64,000 nucleotides of DNA from Basidiobolus meristosporus CBS 931.73 (GCA_002104905.1 MCFE01000435.1:1-64000), one strand, 5' to 3'; shown: positions 26,646 to 38,900, counted from the stretch's first letter. The notes: generated from the sequence alone by a model not told the origin. A program made the numbers and translations.

Positions 26646-28723
26646 TTGCAGCCAGAAAATAAAGCAAAATTGTCCGGTTCTCAACCTAACCCCACCGCTG
26701 ATGGCAACAGAAGAACGGTTGGACAACAGCTTGCTTTGACGTTCAGTGCAACAAGTGGGGCTACATCCAAAGAAGGCTCTGTGGACAGTGTGCCCATTGA
26801 AGGTAATAATGTGGACTCCTCAGGCTCTCAGTCAAGTAGGCAGTTGAGAACCTCTGCAGTGCCACAAGCTGACCATTATACTCAGGCAGGTGAGAATGTA
26901 GCATACACAGTACCCTCAGTTGAAGATCAGCAAGTGGCCATGATAGCATCACCACCACCCATATTAGCAAGTATGTTGTTAGCTCATACCAAAGCATTAA
27001 CAAAGCAATTAGGTGCAGAGGCTAATAGGACAAATGCAATGACCCAGAGAAATCAGGAAATAGTCCAGAAACAGGATGAGCAGATAATACATGTAGAGTA
27101 ATCAGTATCCGAGGTAGAGAAAGCAGTATCTTTGCAGCAAAGAAGGAACTCAAGTAGCTCAGCATCACAGCCTAGAATTGAGCCATTTTGTGATGTAACA
27201 GCAGAGGAACACCAAACACTCTTGGAATCACAACAACAGTGCCCAAAGATTAAGCCCACAGAAAAACCTATCACAATGTGGGAGGGAGACAATGTGGTGT
27301 TTATACCAAGGCCTAAAAGTCAAAAGACATTAAAGATCTATGAAGTTGATGAGTGCAATAATGAAGAGTGAGCTAATATACAAGAGGCTGTCAGAAGTTG
27401 AGCATGCCATCACCTTAAGGCTGGCATACCATTGGACCATCAGGAACTCAAGGTCAAGCAGAATGCGCTGACTTGTTGCATGAGCATTATCCTGGATTCA
27501 AACAGGCAAACCAATTGTGGGCCAGCATTGGTATGCTAAGAAAGTATCTTAAGAATAGCAGAAACTATTAAAGGTAGACAGACAAGGGTGCCATGGCTAA
27601 AGTCCAGTGGCTTCCTCAACAGCTTGTAATAAGCAGGGCCAAAGGCTCCAGACAAGCGTCAAAGAGACATCAGGCAGCTGGAAGAGTGCCAATTAGGTAC
27701 AAGCAGGCAGACACAGATGCACCAGCATAACATTTATCAAGGAAAAAGTGCAGTACCACTCAAGAAGCACCCAGTCACAGTAGCAGTGAAGGATCTGGCC
27801 ATGATAAAAACCAGCCGCTTTTACAGGACCCTGTCACAACTACGGTTGAGAGCTCAGAACAAGCGGAAAAGAAACATCAGGTTGCCAGAAGAGTGCAGCA
27901 AGGGACAAGCAAGCCAAAACAAATGTGTCAGAGCAGAACTTATCCAGGAGAAAATGTAGTTCTTTACAAGAGGCACTCAGATAAAGTAGCAGTGAAAGAC
28001 CTGGCAGTGATAAAGGAAAAGATAGAGGGAAAAATGTCTACCCAAGCCTGAGACAGGGAGGCATGTAAAGAAAACTGCAGTTCTTGCCAATTAATACTGC
28101 AAGCCAGACACATACTGAATCCCATCATAGCCAAGAAGAATATACCAACAAGAAAACAGCTGTTTTCACAAGAGTTGGAAGCACAGCCAGTTGAGCTACA
28201 CTCCAGCAAGGTAGATGAGTTTGCCGAGAAAGGTAATTTGTCTACCACAGCCTCCACAGCCTCCACAGCCTCCGTTGTTGACAGAGTGGAGATCCCACTG
28301 ACAGACAAGGCTACAACATCAAGAGCTCAAAAGACTATCACAATTCCTTCAGTGGAATTTTGGAGCATTTATAGGCACACCAAGAGGTTGCAGCACTTCT
28401 TCAAGAGCAGTGCTGAAGAAAATGCACTGGAATATTGCAAGGACTTATTGCAAAGATTGATGGATAAGGAGCTAGACCTTGCAGTGCTGGCTGAAGACCA
28501 GGACATGTGGGAACCAGTGAATGAACGGTGGCATAAAGCCATTGGGTTCCCGCCAAAGTTGGGGAACCAGAGTGGTTCAGCAGAAATACATATTGAGTGG
28601 TGGATTTCAATGGAGTTACTTGTTGAGTGTGGGGTTGGGCTTAATATTAGTGTAGGGTATAGAGAGTTGTATAGGTCAATACAATTGGCAGTTGAGGCAC
28701 AACTGAAGTTTCAACAGAAATAA
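26646..28723 (+). pseudogene. ORF2 of the EnSpm-like element (unrecognised accessory protein), disrupted
   Basis: ORF pieces 26646-27101, 27132-27371 and 28175-28723 are collinear with X1 ORF2; WASIGMLRKYLKNSR motif near 27520-27570. Confidence 0.65.
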
Positions 28724-31700
28724 ATTGATAAATATGTACACATGAAAAGTAAGAGAAACAGTTGAGTTAGGAAGCCAGGAGTATAAAAAGAGGCAATAGC
28801 CAATCAATTCCCACAAATGTAGGAGGCATTAGAGTGTCCAGGATCAGAAAGTGAGCAAATTGGCAGGGAACCAATCAAAAGCAACTTATACATCATTGTG
28901 ATGAAAAATTTTGAGTAAGTTTTTTGTGAAATCTGATGTGCATTTATTTTTCAACTGTCTCTGGACAGTGTCCCAAAAAGATCATTACCTCTTAGTCATG
29001 GGACTTTAACTTTGTGATGGCCTTTTGATGGGATCATCTCAATAATTTTTCATAGGGATGTCCATTGCTGGATGAATTTTGTATGCTTTCCAGCAGGATA
29101 ACAGTATATGGTTGTCATGTAACAGCACATATTATTATCTACATTGGAGATACCCCAGCCTTCAGCAAGATAGCTGGCTTTTCTGAGCACAATGGACCGT
29201 ATTGCTGTCAAATGTGTGAGATCCAGGAGATTTATGCTGTAACTCACACACAATATTTTTACCCAAACACCAACACTAAGAATATCATCATTTCACCAAG
29301 AGAATGTACAGAAGTCAGCATGCAAATGCAGCAAAGTTGGCAAGCAATAAGCCATTGGCCAGAATATGAAATGAATAGGAAACTTGAGATACTTAAAATA
29401 GAGGGTATCTGTTAGAGCAAAAGCTTTCCACTGGGAGCAAAGTACTTCTTGCGGACTGCACTCAGTATTAATATGACTATGCAACAATACAAATGCAAAG
29501 ACTGGTTGAACTGGATATGTATTAATTCAAGTGGTGTTCTGAAGCCATTCCTACCAAGAGTACATTTGAAGCATTGGGAATTGTATATGAACAAAGTGGC
29601 AATATTTATCTAGAAACAGAAAACCAATGCCAACCTGATGGACATTGTAGGAAAATTTATCCAGAAGTGGATCACCAATGCAGTGGGTAAGCAAATAAAG
29701 AGGGGTAAGGCTATTGTTGAATATATGAATTGCACAATGGGAGGTAGAAAAAGGAAATACCACTTGGTAAACTGGTACGGTAGTATTATGCAGAACTAGC
29801 TGTTGGCAGCCATACTGCTGGTATAATGCCATCTGAGTCTTGCTGTGAGGCCATTGAAATACCATCATACTTTTTGCCATATAAGGCAATTGGATATCCT
29901 GGCCAGTTGGATCTATTTAAAATAGTTGTAGAGCACATTAAGACCACTGTAATTCCATGCAATTATTGTTACAGCACCAAGCAAACCCCACCAAGTTTTA
30001 AAAATGTATTAGGCAGTAAAATTAGCAAAATGCTGTTGTGATTCATCATAAGATTGTCAAGAGGGTGACTAATCCCAAGCTATTGGTATTAAGACATTCT
30101 CCAAACAGGATCCTGACAACTTATCTGGGTCAGATCCACCTGTGGGACCAAACTATTCTTCATAGGGAGCTCTAGGGGTCTTAAGCCATAGTGGAGAGAA
30201 AAACTGGTGAAAGTAATAATAAAGGTGCTCTGACAATGGTGAAGAATATACCTAAAAGCTCTTCACCCACTTCTGCAAAATATATGGGATAAAGTGAGTG
30301 ACTACAGCACAATACTTTCTACAGCAAAATGGAGTGTCAGAATATGCAAACAGATCAATAATGATATGGCAAGATTCATGATCCCTGATCAAAAAGTATC
30401 CTATGATATTTGGCATAATCAGTTACCACAGCTGCATACCTTAAAGATTGAGGTTATAACAGAATACTTTGTTATTCTGCTCCATTTGAGGCATGGTATG
30501 AATATGTAACAAGTGCAGAACATATAGGAAGATTTTGGTGTGCAGCATATGCCAAGAATCTGCCTGGAAATCAGTCAAGTTTAGAGCTAAAAAGCGTAGT
30601 ATGCACATTCTTGGGCTGCTGCAATGCAAGAAAAACAGGTAGACTCTACAATTCCAAAGCAAGAAGCTGATCAAGCCAGGGATTTGCTGTTTGCTGAATA
30701 TTTGTAATTTTTGCATAAGATGACATCAGATGATTACAAAAATCTGATCTCAGGTCAACCAACTGTCAGGATTGAACCAGAGCAAAACAATGAAAATCTG
30801 TTAACTCCAGAGGACTCCACAGCCATGGTTAAGCCTGAAGAAACAGCCTAAATTACAATATCAATGAGGGTAAAAACTTAGCCTATGTCTATTCAATCTT
30901 TATTGATGAGCCCCAGACTGTAGAAGATGCCCTAAATAGCCCTTAGACAAAGTTTTGGAGATCTTCAGTGACTGAGGAGTGTCAGGCCCTAATGGAAGTC
31001 AAACCTGGGATGTAGTCAAATTACATACCAACTGAAAATGAATAGGATGCGGATGGGCCTTCAAGACAAATACAAGGCTGATGGGACAGTTGCAAGATAT
31101 AAAGTACAACTTGTAACCTAAGAATACTTGCAAACAGAAGGACTGGCTTAAGCTGAAACCTTTGTACCAGTAGCCAGTTTTAATTTCATCAGACTAGCTT
31201 TGGATGTTACAACCAAGTTTTTCATTTATCCAATGGATGTCAAAACTGCATTTTTGAATGGAGAAACTGATGAGGATGGGCCTATGCACCATTCTGATGT
31301 CCTTACTGATCAAGATGACCCCTGTCCTGTCTGCAAGCTTGAAAAATCTCTATGCAGTCTCAAACAGGTACCAAGAGCATGGAGTTGCATGATTGACTCT
31401 TATTTGGAATCTTTCAGTTTCCAAAGAAGTACTGTGGAGTACAGTATCTACTCTAAGCCACATACAGCAAATCCAGCTCTATTAGCACTTTATGCAGCTC
31501 AAAATGTCTGATCTAGGATAGCTCAGTTCCTACTTAGGGATACTGCTCTCCATAAACAGAAATACCAAATGGATTAATGTAGCCCAGCAACTATCCCAAT
31601 GGAGACACACCTCAGCTTGGTCAAAACTCAACCAAGTCAAGAGAGTTTGGTGCCACCTGAGAGCCCAGAGCTCCTTTACCAGTCAGTGATCAGCAATCTG

Positions 31701-31967
31701 ATGTATAGAATGCTTAGAACATGTCCAGATTGTTGTAAAAGTTTGTAATTCCACCTAAATACTCACCTAACTTGGTCACTTAGATCATTACCTTCAAATC
31801 CTAGAGAATACTGACCAAAATCCTTGTTGGGATTTACTTAGAGTATTTTCACCAAAGTTTCAGGTACCCAGAACACAAAAATTAGAAATGTTGTTCAAAC
31901 AGCCCCAAACTTTGCACACATGTTCTTAGGACCTTCCTAAACCTATTCTATGTGCTTGCTATGCCGA

Positions 31968-32487
31968 TGTTATGAATAGACACAAGGCAGGAGGAAAAGC
32001 TAGGCACGGCAGGAAAGGACTTAGGTGTGGACCATCAAGGCAAGGCAGGATTCAAGGTAAGGCTGTTTATTCAAGACCTGTGTTTACCAGACTGAGGAAT
32101 ACTTAAGGGGGGATAGGACTATATATACTTTTTGATTATACTGATGCCAAGAGATATTGGCTAATACTAATGGGGTTGAGGGGTGAGGCACAGCAATGTG
32201 CTGGGGATAATAATATAGAAGGCAAGGCACTGAGACAGGATGGAGAAATGGATTGGGTCACCTGATAATGTGACTAAGTCATGTGACCTGGTATTTCCAT
32301 ATATGGTACTGGACTATGAAAAATACAAAGGGAAGCTTCCATGGAACGTTCCATTGTGTAACAAGGGTTTGGAATGGCCAGGAACTTTCTGGAAGGTGGT
32401 AGAAGGTTCTAGAAGGAATCTCTTAGAAATTGTGCTAGGAAGCTGAAACTTGGCATGGGTGTTCATGGTTGTAATGTGATCATGACT
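31968..32487. mobile_element. Solo LTR (520 bp, family B), 5-bp TSD
   Basis: TGTTATG...CATGACT ends; flanks GCCGA/GCCAA; LTR-A rejoins across it. Confidence 0.7.
32381..32415. promoter_or_regulatory. In-phase heat-shock-element array in LTR-B
   Basis: gGAAc tTTCt gGAAg gTGGt aGAAg gTTCt aGAAg: 6 of 7 alternating nGAAn units are perfect. Confidence 0.55.
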
Positions 32488-32727
32488 GCCAAGACCATGT
32501 AAAAGTATATCTACTACTTTTACATTCAATAGATAATTAAGTGAAAACCACAAAATCTACTTGTTCCCCAAGGTTACTTCCAATATGTTCAAGACTCGTA
32601 CAACACAGATATCTCATATTCTGTGTGAGTTTTCAGTCAGCAGATATGAATCTATGGATTGGGTAATACTGCCACAGCTAAGCTGCTTTTTAGATACCTG
32701 AAAGGTACTGCTGATATCTGTTCAAGG

Positions 32728-35700
32728 TGTTGTAAGAGTCTTGGAGATATTGGAAGTGATTGGGAGTACAAGTAGATTATGTGGTTTCACTTAATGATCT
32801 ATTGAATGTAAAAGTAGTATTTTTACTTTTACATGATCTAGGCATAAACACCATGAAGAATAGGTTTAAGAAGGTCCCAAGAACATGTGTCTAAAGTTTG
32901 GAGCTGTTTGAGCAACCTATCCAATATTTATGTTCTGGATACCTGATATTTTAGTGAAAATATTCTAAGTAAATCCCAACAAGGATTTTGGTCAGTATTC
33001 TCTAGGATTTGGAGGTAATGATCTAAGTGACCATGTTTGGTCAATATTTAGGTGGAATTACAAGCTTTTACAACACTCCCACTCAACTAAATGCACTTAC
33101 TTGCTAGTCCCAATTTTGACCTAAGATATTCCAACTTGTCTCTAGCTAATGGTTTAGTAAATATGTCTACAGTCATTTTATCTATATGACAGTAAGCTAA
33201 CTTAACTAAGTTATGTTCTATAACTTGACATATGAAAAGATGTCTAATATCTATGTGCTTAGTTCTAGTATAAAAGGTTGGATTTTTACTTAATTGTATA
33301 CATCCTTGATTATCTTGAAATAATGTAATAGGTGTTTTTTGACATAAGCCTAGATCTTTAAAAAGCTTCCTTAACCACATTGCTTCTTTTGCTACTTAAC
33401 AGACTGCCATATACTCTGCCTCTCTGGTAGAAAGTGCTATGGTTGGTTGCTTTCTCAATTTCATGAAATTTCTCCTTCACAGTAAAGAAAGGTGTATCCT
33501 ATGGTGGATCCTATGTCCTCATATTTCATCCCCAATCAGCATCAGGGTATCCCACAAGATTCTGTTCTGAATCATTATAGGTGTATCTTAAGCAGATATC
33601 AGCAGTTCCTTTTAGGTATCTAAAGATATACTCTACTGCTGCAATATGATCAGATCCATAGTTCTGATTATGCTGGGTACAACCCTCACTGAATATGAGA
33701 TATCTGGATGTTCTCCAAGAGTGCTATACTTCAGACTGCCAATCATGGGCTAATAAGGAAAGCCAGGGCTTTCAGATGGCACCAAGCTATCTTGATTTGG
33801 TTGAGTTTTGACCAAGTCAAGGTTTGTCTCCAATGGGATAGCTGCCAGTTTACAGCCTTCCATATGGCACTTCTTCAGTATGTCTTGAATATACTTGGAT
33901 TGGATTAGGGGGATATTCTGGGCACTCCTGTTTATGGAGAACTTTATCTCTAAGTAGTAACCAAGTTCTCCTAGATTGGACAAATTTAACTCTTTTGATA
34001 GGCTGGATTTAGTCTCTTCCAATGTCTTGAGGTTATTGGTGGCTATAATAAGATACTCCACATATAGAGCTAATAGAACTGGATTTGCTCTATCTGGCTT
34101 ATAGTAAATACTATAGTCAGCATTACTACTTCTCAAACTCAAAGATTCCAAATAAAAATCTATTTACAATTGCAGGCACATGGCAATTGTTTGAATCCAT
34201 ATAGTGACTTTTTCAGCTTGTAGACCAAATGGGGGTTATCTTGGTCAACAAACCCATCTGGCTGGTTCATATACATGTCCTCATCAAGTTCTCCATTCAA
34301 GAATGTAGCTTTTGCATCCATTTGATGAACAAAAATTTATACTTGGCTGCAATAGCCAATATTAATCTGATGGAATTAAACTTGGCTACCAGTGCAATGG
34401 TCTCAGTATAGTCAAGTCCATTTGTTTGAAAGTATCCTTTGGCCACAAGTCTTCCTTTGTATCCTTCAATTGTGCCATCAGCCTTGTATCTTGTCTTAAA
34501 GACCGATCTGCATCCAATTGATTTTTTGTTAATTAGTAATTTGAATAAGTCCTAAGTTTGATTTTCCATTAGGGCCTCATATTCCTCAGTCATTACAAAT
34601 CTGCAAAACCTTGTCTGAAGGCTATTTAGGGCCTCTTTTATAATCTGGGGTTCATCAATATGAACTGAATGGGCATAGGCTAAGTTTTTACCCTCTTTGA
34701 TACAGAAATTGAGTCTATTTTTTGTTCAGTTGGATCTCCAGGCATTTGATACTGGAATGATCACTTCTGGGATATTACTGGGCACTGCTTCAGGCTGAGC
34801 CATGGTTGCAGAGTCCTCTGGTGTGAAAAGATTTTCATTGTTTTGCTCTGATTTAATTCTGAGAATTGGTGGACTTGATATCAGATTTTTGTCATCATTG
34901 GAGGTCATTTTTTGTGAAAATTTAAATTTTCATCAAACAACACATCTCTGAACTTGCTCAACTTTGTTGCTTTGGTGTTGTAGAGTCTGTATGCTTTGCT
35001 TGCATTGCAGTAACCCAAAAATATTCATTTTACACTTTTTAGCCCAAATTTTGACTGATTTCCAGGCATAAACTATATACCCAAATATTCTTAGATGTTC
35101 TACACTGGGTCTGTATCCAAACCATGCCTCAGATGAAGTAGAATCACATAGTATTCTGTTAAAATGCCTATTTTTAAGGTATACAGCTGTGGCAACTGAT
35201 TCCACCCAAAATCATGGGATAAATTTTGCATAGGTCCACACAGATCTGAGTGAGTTAGATCTAATTTTTTCTTAGTTTTGATTAACCCAGAGCTCTTAAA
35301 CAGTTATCTGGCTTGTTTACCATATATGCAGGCTTCATGGTGCTCCAAATTAACAGGGGGATCAGTTTTTACTCCAGGAATTTGCTGATCTTTGATCATT
35401 TTGTGCAAATAATGAAAATTGATGTGTCCAAATCTCCTGTGACAAAGCATTAGTGTTTCTTCATTTAAAGTTACTTATATTGGCTTCCAGATATGATGGA
35501 ATACAAGTCAACATATACAGATTCTGATCTCTAATACCCAAAGCAATATGAGGACCATTTTGACTAGTGATCCTGAATCCAAAATTGTCAAAGCAGTGAC
35601 TAAGTCCTACTGCTGTGGCCTTGCTTACAGATAGTAGGTTCTTGGCTATTTCTGGTACATAGAGTACCTCTTGGAAGTCAGTGTATGGCTTCCTTTGCTG

Positions 35701-37062
35701 CCTCTAAGATTTACCTCATTAGTTCCTTCTCCCATTGCATCAAGCTTTCTATTGACACCCATGAAAACCTTCTTAACTGGAATTTCTTGATATTAGGTAA
35801 AAAGTTCTTTTTGGTGTGTAAAGTATTGAAATGCTCCAGAGTCAAAATACCCTGTTTGAGAATCCTTGTTTGTGGTCATATTTAATGTAGATTCAAATAG
35901 TCTAACTTCAGTAGTTGCAGCACTTCCTTATTCAGGCTTTTTCTGCTGACTATCTCTCTTCTTGAAGCTCCAGTCTGATGAGTGTTCCTTCCTTTTGCAG
36001 TAATTGCAAAACAGGTTGCTTGTGCCTTTAAAAGGTGTTGAGTATCTCCTTCATGGTTATCATTGCTTATTAAAGCATTTTTGTCTTCCTTCTCATTGGC
36101 ACTTGACTTTCTTAAATCTTCATCCACAAGCCTTCCACATATGTAATTTGAGGTCAAATCTTCAGTTCTGGACTCTAGAGCTGATACAAGGCCCTGAAGC
36201 TTGTCTAGTCAGGCTATGCAGAATGGGTATCTATCACATCCTCATCAGTAGCAGGTACACCTGCAGATTTCATCTCTTCCACCAGCTGGGTAATTCTCTT
36301 AATTAGGATTTTTCATTTGTTCTCCTGGCAGCATTTTCCAGTTAAGATTTTTGTCTAAGATACATTTTCTTGGCAGCTGAACATGCCTGGTAGGTGTCTT
36401 CCAATGTCTTCCCATCATGCTTTGCTGTTTTTGCTCTTGAGCATTGAATTAGTAATTTGTCTTGACATTGAGGCAAATGCAGTTAAAGGCACTTTGTTCT
36501 TTCTTCTGGTACTTTAAAAATTTCTCTCCCACAGTTTTAGGAGGGACTTCCTCTCACTTGACAATATCCCTGAGGCTTCTTTCTTTTAGCAGCGTCTTCA
36601 CCTTCACCTTCCACACTTAATAGTTAGATCCATCCAACTTTTCAGCAGAGGGAAAAATTGCAGTAATAGCAGTAGTAGACATTGCAGAGAGTGACAGCTT
36701 GGGGCTCATAACCTGTTGTAAGAGTCTTGGAGATATTGGAAGTGATTTGGAGAACAAGTAGATTATGTGGTTTTCACTTAATGATTTATTGAATGTAAAA
36801 GTAGTATTTATACTTTTACCTGGTCTTGGCATTACAAACATATAGAATAGATTAAGGAAGGTCCCAAGAACATGTGTGCAGAGTTTGGGGCTGTTTGGAC
36901 AACTCTGAGAATTTTCATGTTCTGGGTACCTGGCATTTTGGTGAAAATACTCTAAGTAAATCCCGACAAGGAATTTGGTCAGTATTCTCTAGGATTTGAA
37001 GGTGATGATCTAAGTGACTAAGTTAGGTGAATATTTAGGTGGAAATACGAATTTTTACAATA
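32728..37062 (-). mobile_element. Ty1/copia element with both LTRs (32728-33075, 36714-37062), decayed gag-pol
   Basis: PBS GGTTATGAGCCC after the 5' LTR; gag LDGSNY; RT/RNase H ORF pieces (33087-33380 TKHIDIRHLF, 33750-34151); PPT AGTTGAGTGGGAG before the 3' LTR. No TSD. Confidence 0.9.
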
Positions 37063-37898
37063 TTAGGGACAAAATATAGAAGACAGATGATCCACCACAG
37101 GATACACCTTTTTTACTGTGAAGGAGCAATTTCCTGGAGCATGAGAAAGCAACCAACTGTTACACTTTCCACTATAGAGGCAGAGTGCATAGCAGTCTGT
37201 GAAGCCACAAGAGAAGCAATGTGGTTAAGAGAGCTTTTCAAAAGCCAAGGCTTATGTCAAAAAATGCCTATCACTTAACTTCAAGATAACCAAGGATATA
37301 TACAATTGGATAGATACCCAGCTTTTCATGCTAGAACTAAGCACATAGACATTAGAGATTGTTTCATACAAGAAGCTATTGGGAATAACCATGTTTGCCT
37401 GTCTTGCTGTCCTACAGATGAAATGATTGCAGACATATTTACCAAACCATTAGCTAGAGACAAATCTGAATATCTTATGGCAAAATTAGGAATAGTCAGT
37501 GTGGGCATTTAGTTGAGCAGGAGTGTTGTAAAAACTTGAAATTCCACCTAAATGTGCACCTAAATTGGTCACTTGGATCATTCCCTACAAATCCTGAAGA
37601 ACACTGACCCAATTCCATGTTGGGATTTACTTGGAATATTTTCAATAAAACATTATGTACCCAGAACATGAAAATTATGTAACTTGTCCAATCAGCCCCA
37701 AATGTTTCCCGCATGCTCTTAGGACCTTCCTGAGCATATTCTACGCGTTTTTTAGGCCAAGATCATGTAAGAGTACAAATACCACTTTTACATTCAATAA
37801 ATCATTGAGTGAAAACCCCATAATCTACTTGTTCTCCCAATCGCTTCCAATATCTCCAGGACTCTTACAACAATTTCTAGTTTGTCAAAATGATAGCT

Positions 37899-38128
37899 CT
37901 CAATATCTCAGGTACTGGCTGTTGAGCACACCAGCAGATGTATTTTCCTGGAGGAGACTAGGCCAACTTGCAATCAGGCCAAACTTGGTAATCACCACTT
38001 CTGCCAAAAAATGCAACCGAAAATTTGAGGAAAAAACACCAGCTAGATACCAGTAAGATACCGCTGAAATGCCAGCGAAATACCAGCTGAAGATCAGATG
38101 GATTCCAAGTTTGAGATTCTCCATAGGG
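37899..38128. repeat. Dispersed ~230-bp repeat ending CATAGGG (second copy 46103-46340)
   Basis: Aligns with 46103-46340; the terminus resembles the EnSpm-like TIR. Confidence 0.6.
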
Positions 38129-38189
38129 AAAAGGAGTATAGTCCTGCCCTGAATATTTTAGGCAATAATGCGCAAAAATACCAGCTAAT

Positions 38190-38279
38190 GTATCCTACCA
38201 CAGGCATGATGGTAGAAATTATTTTGCCACATGGCGCCATAGAGTGCTGGATCAATCTACTATCCAATGGAACAAGTCT
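38190..38279. mobile_element. Isolated PHIS terminal fragment
   Basis: ...GCCATAGAGTGCTGGAT...CTATCCAATGGAACAAGTCT matches the P2 terminus. Confidence 0.7.
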
Positions 38280-38900
38280 ATGGTATCGCCAACTGAGAAG
38301 CAGCTACAAATAGGATGCCAAGTACGGTTAGTGCATAGGGGCATGAGAGGGCTCACCTTAAAAAGGCGAATAAACTATATGTGCATCAATGCGGAACAAT
38401 TCGGATGGTGAATATCGAGTAAGGACTTCACACAACCCTTTTCTTGGATGATCTTGATTTGCCAGAATCCGTATTCCCTCAAAAGACCCACAACACCGCT
38501 TCCTGGGACATGTCTAAAAATACCTCACGTCTGGACTTAGCAAAGAAGACAAACAAGCACTGACTTGTATGGTACGTATGTAACCGTAAAAAGGAGAACG
38601 GAAGGCCGGTGACGTCATCGACACTGGACACGTTTGCCATTTGAATCGAAGCCGAAGAGAACGGAGAATCGCTGCTTCAACGCAGAATGATTTGGATGAT
38701 TTTGAAAACGATGTGGAGTAACTAACAAACAAATCCAGGATCCAGCGGGCGATTGGCTGCAATGGCATGTGATGTTCGAGCAACAATTCATCGCGGATTC
38801 CCCGAAATATCCCTGGTTGGTGCGTTACAGAATGGGATCTCCTCATTGGCGCCACCACGGATCGTCAAATCGGGCTGTTGTGTCATATCGGCATTCAAAA

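Larger units (their letters stand above)
23588..29057 (-). mobile_element. Full-length EnSpm/CACTA-type element X2, 5470 bp
   Basis: 17-bp TIR CCCTATGAAAAATAATT / AATAATTTTTCATAGGG (16/17 match); flanks ATA/ATG; inserted in the X3 transposase. Confidence 0.85.
12154..30167 (+). mobile_element. EnSpm-like host copy X3 (transposase on +), split by P2, a solo LTR and X2
   Basis: Segments 12154-12189, 21742-22129, 22477-23587 and 29058-30167 rejoin against the consensus of other copies; ends TCTTCATAGGG at 30167. Confidence 0.7.
31731..32605 (+). mobile_element. Solo copia LTR (family A), TSD CAGAT, interrupted by LTR-B
   Basis: CAGAT|TGTTGTAAAA...TCGTACAACA|CAGAT. Confidence 0.9.
30168..37872 (+). 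mobile_element. 5'-truncated Ty1/copia element (integrase-RT-RNase H-3'LTR) hosting nested insertions
   Basis: SDNGEEY-type integrase motif ~30228; MDVKTAFLNG and SLKQVPRAW (RT); GAISWSMRKQPTVTLSTIEAE and RTKHIDIR (RNase H); polypurine tract then LTR 37524-37872. Confidence 0.85.

Noticed and set aside
23588-29057. piggyBac assignment from the CCCT termini
   Set aside because: No TTAA flanks, and the transposase motifs are EnSpm/CACTA type.
1-38300. Classical RIP as the cause of TE decay
   Set aside because: CpA/TpG are abundant while CpG is nearly absent, which fits methyl-CpG deamination. A formal RIP index was not computed.
38300-38750. Possible 3' remnant of a gene truncated by the TE block (frame ending NDLDDFENDVE)
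   Set aside because: Short, no recognisable motif, no convincing start or splice chain.
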